Positions 55,535 to 64,000 of a stretch of 64,000 nt of DNA are shown piece by piece. Location: NCBI GenBank assembly GCA_964016885.1, contig OZ024747.1, forward strand, positions 64,728,001 to 64,792,000, given 5' to 3'. The stretch's first letter is position 1. Each line of letters begins with the position of its first letter. The stretch is from Eledone cirrhosa (lineage: Eukaryota). The notes beneath the pieces are model-generated. The model did no database searches, was not told where the DNA came from, and saw only the letters and a list, made by a program, of their open reading frames with translations. A program made the translations under genes and the position numbers.

Positions 55535-55864
55535 ATATATATATATATATATACTGTATATATATAAATATATATATATACATATATATATACACACATA
55601 TATATATATATAACTATATATATATTCATATATATATATATATATATACATATATTTATTTATATAACTATATATATATACATATACATATATATATATA
55701 TGTATATGTATATATATATATATGTATATGTATATATATATATAGTTATATAAATAAATATATGTATATATATATATATGAATATATATATAGTTATATA
55801 TATATATATGTATGTGTATATATATGTATATATATATAGTTATATATATACAGTATATATATAC

Positions 55865-55897
<33 letters not shown>

Positions 55898-56057
55898 AAC
55901 TATATATATACATAAACTATATATATACACACATATATATATATATATAACTATTGGCAACATGACCCTCCCAAAGTATAACAATATATATATACATATA
56001 TATATATACATATATATATATATACATATATATACATATATATACATATATATATAT

Positions 56058-56121
<64 letters not shown>

Positions 56122-56163
56122 TATTTTAATATACTTAGAAGTGAGCAGGATACTAATAATTCT

Positions 56164-56244
56164 TCACCCGCTGATGAGCAAGAATTTGTTATTCCTCTTA
56201 ACAATTAATTTTGCGAAACAGCATTATCAAAGCTCTCCGGGTGA
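56164..56244 (+). ncRNA. Hammerhead ribozyme, family E (one mismatch at the base of stem III)
   Basis: Perfect 7-bp stem I TCACCCG/CGGGTGA; CTGATGA; long stem II GCAA..TGTTA/TAACA..TTGC; GAAAC-AGC..GCT-CTC. Confidence 0.7.
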
Positions 56245-56357
56245 TTGGTAATTACCACAATTCCGGTTTGTATTTACTTATTTGATTTATTATTATATTG
56301 AGTTAGCCATCATCATCATCATTTGGCATCAGCGTTTTACCCCCGCTTTTTCCTGCT

Positions 56358-56469
56358 TGTAGAGAGGCGTCTACAGGTCTAGGACTGTTTCATTCCGGAG
56401 AATTCCTCAGGAAGCCCTGATGATTTCTCTGGAATAAAACAGTTCGTGTCCTGTAGAAGCCTTTCTACA
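56358..56469. ncRNA. Back-to-back hammerhead pair forming a palindrome
   Basis: Minus 56366-56416: GGCTTC-CTGAGGA-ATTC/GAAT-GAAA-CAG..CTG-TA-GACGCC; plus 56411-56461: CTGATGA..AAAA (GAAA mutated)-CAG..CTG-TA-GAAGCC; related to the 49.4-kb HHR. Confidence 0.65.
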
Positions 56470-58555
56470 TTAAATATTTATAATCTGCTCTGTATTGATT
56501 ACGTTACTTACTGTGATTACCCCCGATTGAACTCGGCATAAACTTATATATATGCAATATACGGAAATTCGTATAGTCATATGCGTCTGTCTTAAAATAG
56601 TGCTAGGTTGCAATGAAAACATATTTTTAATCTGAAACCTGTATTCGATATGTATGAGGAGTAAGGTGTGACATAAATTTTAATTAGATTCAATTTCCGG
56701 ACTTACACCCACTCCCACATTGCCATCATCTGATTTGATTAATATTACACATTGACTCTTTATATCCCTCTCCTCAGTTCATAGGTAATTTTGGTTAATT
56801 ACAATTTCTTTCAATATTACACTTAATGTGTTATTATTTAACACCTGCAGTACAAACAGCTTGGACTAATCTCATCCAATCAATGTTCAGTGCCATTCCA
56901 ATCAGAAGGTGTAGAGGAAATGACATGACTGAACATAAAATCTAATTGATTTCTCATACTTGATTTCGGGTTTGGTTAACACAACATTGTTTTTATGTAG
57001 AACATTCTAAGATATACTTTATGATGGCTATTATTATATATTTTATGATGTTGTTTTTATATCATATACTTTGCGATAGATATTAAGATGTGTAATTATT
57101 ATAGATATTATGAGATATATTTATGCTATATTATCGCTCAATTAAACATCTACAGAAACGGATATTCTGAAAGTGAAAATTGTCTACTGATATAGCGTTT
57201 TCTCATACCTTTCCGTGTGTGAATAGCAAGTAACTAATGAAATAATTGCATTAATCAACAAAACAATTAACCGATTATAGAGGAACCTAATTAACCAAAT
57301 ATCATTGTCGTAATTATTTGAATATATTGCTAAAATTGAACTGTAATAATCTTATGTATCAATCACCCTGTCGCCGTGTATACTAGGAGCTATTAACATA
57401 AGACATAATAAATCCCTATTATTTCATTTTCAAAGACGAATACAATTTATCTCTGTTTATTGCTTCAGTAACTTACATATAATAAAGAGTTGGTAATAAA
57501 TTTGTACAATGTTGAGATTTACGCTTCGGATATACAATTAGCTGTATTCACTTTTCACCCATTATTTCAACTTAATCATCTCCATGATGTAGTGGGGTCA
57601 TCACGAGGGTCATTTTTTTAATATCTAATGCTGATCGGCATTAAGGCAAATATCCTGGATCTGACGTCCAATCTGATACTCATAACTTTCTAGGATATTG
57701 ATGTCAGTTCTAAATGTATGCCTTCGTCTATTTATCATTGTTGCTAATTGTTTTAAAGCTGTAAACAAATCTATATTACGTCAATTTTTTAAATGGAGAG
57801 GCAAGTGACCGAAGAGACTATATATCCCTTGATTTATATCCCTAGTAAACCCAGGTTGATCATTCAGATAATTCACTGATACCTCATTTATTGAATGGCA
57901 TTAAACCAATAAATTCATTTTACATCTGAAGAATCTCGGATATTTCATTATAAGAACGGTCACTGCTGCTTGACCTGTGTTTATATTCTCTCTAATAAAG
58001 AATTACTTAGACAGTCAAACTGTATTTATAGAGATTAAGTGGTTGAAAGAAAATGTATTGGGTCGTCAAGTATGAATTTTGTAGACATTTATAGAAAACA
58101 AATAAATTTATACAAATAGCATACTTGACGACGCAATATATCTCTGTAACCCTGATTTCAAATCCTTTGTCTCTCAACATCATCTCATATTATTTGAGTT
58201 TTCCTACATTCGGCTGAAAAGAACAGGTAGAATGCATCTGCTATTCTGTATCCATGATCAAAATAAGGTCTGTCATGGAGCCCGCTAATATAGGAATATA
58301 AGCATTGAATGCAAGTGGTATAGTTTTATACTAGAATCTCATTGAATTAAGGATGGAAAGCTGAGATATCGTCTTTATTCTACATATATTTAGATGACGT
58401 TGTCATCGAATGAGATTCTGGTTGGGAGATTTTCTTAATGATTCAATACTATTTCAATAATATTCTAAGTTTAAGCACCCTGAAATTAATTCACATTAGG
58501 ATAAAAAGAATAACGTCACCACACCCCTTTTCTACTTCTTAACTGTTAACTACTG

Positions 58556-58587
<32 letters not shown>

Positions 58588-58591
<4 letters not shown>

Positions 58592-61500
58592 ATAAATGCT
58601 CTGAAATAGCGATATATATGTGAATATAGACATAGAATATTCGAAAATATTCTGTATGTTTATAATAAACATTTTGAAGACCTAATCGCTATAGAATAGA
58701 ATACGTCACGTATTACAATTAGATTCTCGATAAAAGCAAGGGAAGTAATCTACGCGTTTCATTCTTGTTAGAATTCATCAGGACCACATATCCAGTGCTT
58801 TTATCGAGAATGACACAGCTAGAGACTTATAGAATACTTAGCTGTGTACAGGAACTGGTTTGAAAGAGCGGTTGCCGGTCCGGCAGAAATTAGAAATTGG
58901 AATAAATGCTCTGAAATAGCGATATATATGTGAATATAGACATAGAATATTCGAAAATATTCTGTATGTTTATAATAAACATTTTGAAGACCTAATCGCT
59001 ATAGAATAGAATACGTCACGTATTACAATTAGATTCTCGATAAAAGCAAGGGAAGTAATCTACGCGTTTCATTCTTGTTAGAATTCATCAGGACCACATA
59101 TCCAGTGCTTTTATCGAGAATGACACAGCTAGAGACTTATAGAATACTTAGCTGTGTACAGGAACTGGTTTGAAAGAGCGGTTGCCGGTCCGGCAGAAAT
59201 TAGAAATTGGAATAAATGCTCTGAAATAGCGATATATATGTGAATATAGACATAGAATATTCGAAAATATTCTGTATGTTTATAATAAACATTTTGAAGA
59301 CCTAATCGCTATAGAATAGAATACGTCACGTATTACAATTAGATTCTCGATAAAAGCAAGGGAAGTAATCTACGCGTTTCATTCTTGTTAGAATTCATCA
59401 GGACCACATATCCAGTGCTTTTATCGAGAATGACACAGCTAGAGACTTATAGAATACTTAGCTGTGTACAGGAACTGGTTTGAAAGAGCGGTTGCCGGTC
59501 CGGCAGAAATTAGAAATTGGAATAAATGCTCTGAAATAGCGATATATATGTGAATATAGACATAGAATATTCGAAAATATTCTGTATGTTTATAATAAAC
59601 ATTTTGAAGACCTAATCGCTATAGAATAGAATACGTCACGTATTACAATTAGATTCTCGATAAAAGCAAGGGAAGTAATCTACGCGTTTCATTCTTGTTA
59701 GAATTCATCAGGACCACATATCCAGTGCTTTTATCGAGAATGACACAGCTAGAGACTTATAGAATACTTAGCTGTGTACAGGAACTGGTTTGAAAGAGCG
59801 GTTGCCGGTCCGGCAGAAATTAGAAATTGGAATAAATGCTCTGAAATAGCGATATATATGTGAATATAGACATAGAATATTCGAAAATATTCTGTATGTT
59901 TATAATAAACATTTTGAAGACCTAATCGCTATAGAATAGAATACGTCACGTATTACAATTAGATTCTCGATAAAAGCAAGGGAAGTAATCTACGCGTTTC
60001 ATTCTTGTTAGAATTCATCAGGACCACATATCCAGTGCTTTTATCGAGAATGACACAGCTAGAGACTTATAGAATACTTAGCTGTGTACAGGAACTGGTT
60101 TGAAAGAGCGGTTGCCGGTCCGGCAGAAATTAGAAATTGGAATAAATGCTCTGAAATAGCGATATATATGTGAATATAGACATAGAATATTCGAAAATAT
60201 TCTGTATGTTTATAATAAACATTTTGAAGACCTAATCGCTATAGAATAGAATACGTCACGTATTACAATTAGATTCTCGATAAAAGCAAGGGAAGTAATC
60301 TACGCGTTTCATTCTTGTTAGAATTCATCAGGACCACATATCCAGTGCTTTTATCGAGAATGACACAGCTAGAGACTTATAGAATACTTAGCTGTGTACA
60401 GGAACTGGTTTGAAAGAGCGGTTGCCGGTCCGGCAGAAATTAGAAATTGGAATAAATGCTCTGAAATAGCGATATATATGTGAATATAGACATAGAATAT
60501 TCGAAAATATTCTGTATGTTTATAATAAACATTTTGAAGACCTAATCGCTATAGAATAGAATACGTCACGTATTACAATTAGATTCTCGATAAAAGCAAG
60601 GGAAGTAATCTACGCGTTTCATTCTTGTTAGAATTCATCAGGACCACATATCCAGTGCTTTTATCGAGAATGACACTGCTAGAGACTTATAGAATACTTA
60701 GCTGTGTACAGGAACTGGTTTGAAAGAGCGGTTGCCGGTCCGGCAGAAATTAGAAATTGGAATAAATGCTCTGAAATAGCGATATATATGTGAATATAGA
60801 CGTAGAATATTCGAAAATATTCTGTATGTTTATAATAAACATTTTGAAGACCTAATCGCTATAGAATAGAATACGTCACGTATTACAATTAGATTCTCGA
60901 TAAAAGCAAGGGAAGTAATCTACGCGTTTCATTCTTGTTAGAATTCATCAGGACCACATATCCAGTGCTTTTATCGAGAATGACACAGCTAGAGACTTAT
61001 AGAATACTTAGCTGTGTACAGGAACTGGTTTGAAAGAGCGGTTGCCGGTCCGGCAGAAATTAGAAATTGGAATAAATGCTCTGAAATAGCGATATATATG
61101 TGAATATAGACATAGAATATTCGAAAATATTCTGTATGTTTATAATAAACATTTTGAAGACCTAATCGCTATAGAATAGAATACGTCACGTATTACAATT
61201 AGATTCTCGATAAAAGCAAGGGAAGTAATCTACGCGTTTCATTCTTGTTAGAATTCATCAGGACCACATATCCAGTGCTTTTATCGAGAATGACACAGCT
61301 AGAGACTTATAGAATACTTAGCTGTGTACAGGAACTGGTTTGAAAGAGCGGTTGCCGGTCCGGCAGAAATTAGAAATTGGAATAAATGCTCTGAAATAGC
61401 GATATATATGTGAATATAGACATAGAATATTCGAAAATATTCTGTATGTTTATAATAAACATTTTGAAGACCTAATCGCTATAGAATAGAATACGTCACG

Positions 61501-63636
61501 TATTACAATTAGATTCTCGATAAAAGCAAGGGAAGTAATCTACGCGTTTCATTCTTGTTAGAATTCATCAGGACCACATATCCAGTGCTTTTATCGAGAA
61601 TGACACAGCTAGAGACTTATAGAATACTTAGCTGTGTACAGGAACTGGTTTGAAAGAGCGGTTGCCGGTCCGGCAGAAATTAGAAATTGGAATAAATGCT
61701 CTGAAATAGCGATATATATGTGAATATAGACATAGAATATTCGAAAATATTCTGTATGTTTATAATAAACATTTTGAAGACCTAATCGCTATAGAATAGA
61801 ATACGTCACGTATTACAATTAGATTCTCGATAAAAGCAAGGGAAGTAATCTACGCGTTTCATTCTTGTTAGAATTCATCAGGACCACATATCCAGTGCTT
61901 TTATCGAGAATGACACAGCTAGAGACTTATAGAATACTTAGCTGTGTACAGGAACTGGTTTGAAAGAGCGGTTGCCGGTCCGGCAGAAATTAGAAATTGG
62001 AATAAATGCTCTGAAATAGCGATATATATGTGAATATAGACATAGAATATTCGAAAATATTCTGTATGTTTATAATAAACATTTTGAAGACCTAATCGCT
62101 ATAGAATAGAATACGTCACGTATTACAATTAGATTCTCGATAAAAGCAAGGGAAGTAATCTACGCGTTTCATTCTTGTTAGAATTCATCAGGACCACATA
62201 TCCAGTGCTTTTATCGAGAATGACACAGCTAGAGACTTATAGAATACTTAGCTGTGTACAGGAACTGGTTTGAAAGAGCGGTTGCCGGTCCGGCAGAAAT
62301 TAGAAATTGGAATAAATGCTCTGAAATAGCGATATATATGTGAATATAGACATAGAATATTCGAAAATATTCTGTATGTTTATAATAAACATTTTGAAGA
62401 CCTAATCGCTATAGAATAGAATACGTCACGTATTACAATTAGATTCTCGATAAAAGCAAGGGAAGTAATCTACGCGTTTCATTCTTGTTAGAATTCATCA
62501 GGACCACATATCCAGTGCTTTTATCGAGAATGACACAGCTAGAGACTTATAGAATACTTAGCTGTGTACAGGAACTGGTTTGAAAGAGCGGTTGCCGGTC
62601 CGGCAGAAATTAGAAATTGGAATAAATGCTCTGAAATAGCGATATATATGTGAATATAGACATAGAATATTCGAAAATATTCTGTATGTTTATAATAAAC
62701 ATTTTGAAGACCTAATCGCTATAGAATAGAATACGTCACGTATTACAATTAGATTCTCGATAAAAGCAAGGGAAGTAATCTACGCGTTTCATTCTTGTTA
62801 GAATTCATCAGGACCACATATCCAGTGCTTTTATCGAGAATGACACAGCTAGAGACTTATAGAATACTTAGCTGTGTACAGGAACTGGTTTGAAAGAGCG
62901 GTTGCCGGTCCGGCAGAAATTAGAAATTGGAATAAATGCTCTGAAATAGCGATATATATGTGAATATAGACATAGAATATTCGAAAATATTCTGTATGTT
63001 TATAATAAACATTTTGAAGACCTAATCGCTATAGAATAGAATACGTCACGTATTACAATTAGATTCTCGATAAAAGCAAGGGAAGTAATCTACGCGTTTC
63101 ATTCTTGTTAGAATTCATCAGGACCACATATCCAGTGCTTTTATCGAGAATGACACAGCTAGAGACTTATAGAATACTTAGCTGTGTACAGGAACTGGTT
63201 TGAAAGAGCGGTTGCCGGTCCGGCAGAAATTAGAAATTGGAATAAATGCTCTGAAATAGCGATATATATGTGAATATAGACATAGAATATTCGAAAATAT
63301 TCTGTATGTTTATAATAAACATTTTGAAGACCTAATCGCTATAGAATAGAATACGTCACGTATTACAATTAGATTCTCGATAAAAGCAAGGGAAGTAATC
63401 TACGCGTTTCATTCTTGTTAGAATTCATCAGGACCACATATCCAGTGCTTTTATCGAGAATGACACAGCTAGAGACTTATAGAATACTTAGCTGTGTACA
63501 GGAACTGGTTTGAAAGAGCGGTTGCCGGTCCGGCAGAAATTAGAAATTGGAATAAATGCTCTGAAATAGCGATATATATGTGAATATAGACATAGAATAT
63601 TCGAAAATATTCTGTATGTTTATAATAAACATTTTG
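58588..63636 (-). repeat. 310-bp tandem array (16 full units plus a partial unit), one hammerhead ribozyme per unit: candidate retrozyme satellite
   Basis: AATAAATGCT recurs at 58591, 58901, ... 63551; only two substitutions noticed (60677, 60802); the left end abuts (TA)n. Confidence 0.95.
58745..58787 (-). ncRNA. Minimal type I hammerhead ribozyme of the array (first of 16 copies at +310-bp steps, last at 63395-63437)
   Basis: GTGGTC-CTGATGA-ATTCT-AACA-AGAAT-GAAA-CGC-GTA-GATTAC: 6-bp stem I with two G-U pairs, 5-bp stem II, palindromic ACGCGT stem III, GUA cleavage triplet. Confidence 0.88.
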
Positions 63637-64000
63637 GATGAATTCTAACAAGAATGAAACGCGTAGATTACTTCCCTTGCTTTTATCGAGAATCTAATTG
63701 TAATACGTGACGTATTCTATTCTATAGCGATTAGGTCTTCAAAATGTTTATTATAAACATACAGAATATTTTCGAATATTCTATGTCTATATTCACATAT
63801 ATATCGCTATTTCAGAGCATTTATTCCAATTTCTAATTTCTGCCGGACCGGCAACCGCTCTTTCAAACCAGTTCCTGTACACAGCTAAGTATTCTATAAG
63901 TCTCTAGCTGTGTCATTCTCGATAAAAGCACTGGATATGTGGTCCTGATGAATTCTAACAAGAATGAAACGCGTAGATTACTTCCCTTGCTTTTATCGAG
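63637..64000 (+). repeat. Inverted continuation of the 310-bp array, running off the window; intact HHR at 63939-63981
   Basis: Exact reverse complement of the monomer, starting inside the HHR core at GATGA. Confidence 0.93.

Noticed and set aside
57645-57695. KYPGSDVQSDTHNF resembling the APE endonuclease SDH motif
   Set aside because: Too short, with no flanking LINE similarity
58588-63636. Array as a CRISPR, rDNA/5S or snRNA cluster
   Set aside because: No unique spacers and no recognisable rRNA, tRNA or snRNA sequence; the 60-aa ORF at 63469-63651 arises only from the inversion junction

Overview
AT-rich, microsatellite-dense animal genomic DNA, probably from a cephalopod such as an octopus (inferred from the SINE family and the (TA)n/(CA)n density). 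No host protein-coding gene can be supported, and most ORF-track entries are translated microsatellites. The window is a mosaic of mobile elements: a near-full-length Tx1/L1-clade LINE (5.77-11.16 kb, minus), a decayed Penelope-like element (PLE; RT plus GIY-YIG, 34.9-37.3 kb, minus), CRE, R4/Dong and RTE LINE fragments, hAT and Tc1/mariner MITEs, a Helitron remnant and about 17 copies of a tRNA-derived SINE. The main hidden system is a large set of minimal type I hammerhead ribozymes (HHRs), read by eye. They occur in (i) a nearly homogeneous 310-bp tandem array (58.59-63.64 kb, 16+ units, one HHR per unit) that flips orientation at 63,637, a candidate retrozyme/circRNA-derived insertion, and (ii) many fold-back insertions in (TA)n tracts whose HHR-bearing 3' ends point outwards. 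The SINE 3' tail also matches the Tx1 3' end, suggesting a Tx1-SINE partnership. All structures are hand-derived and need computational confirmation.
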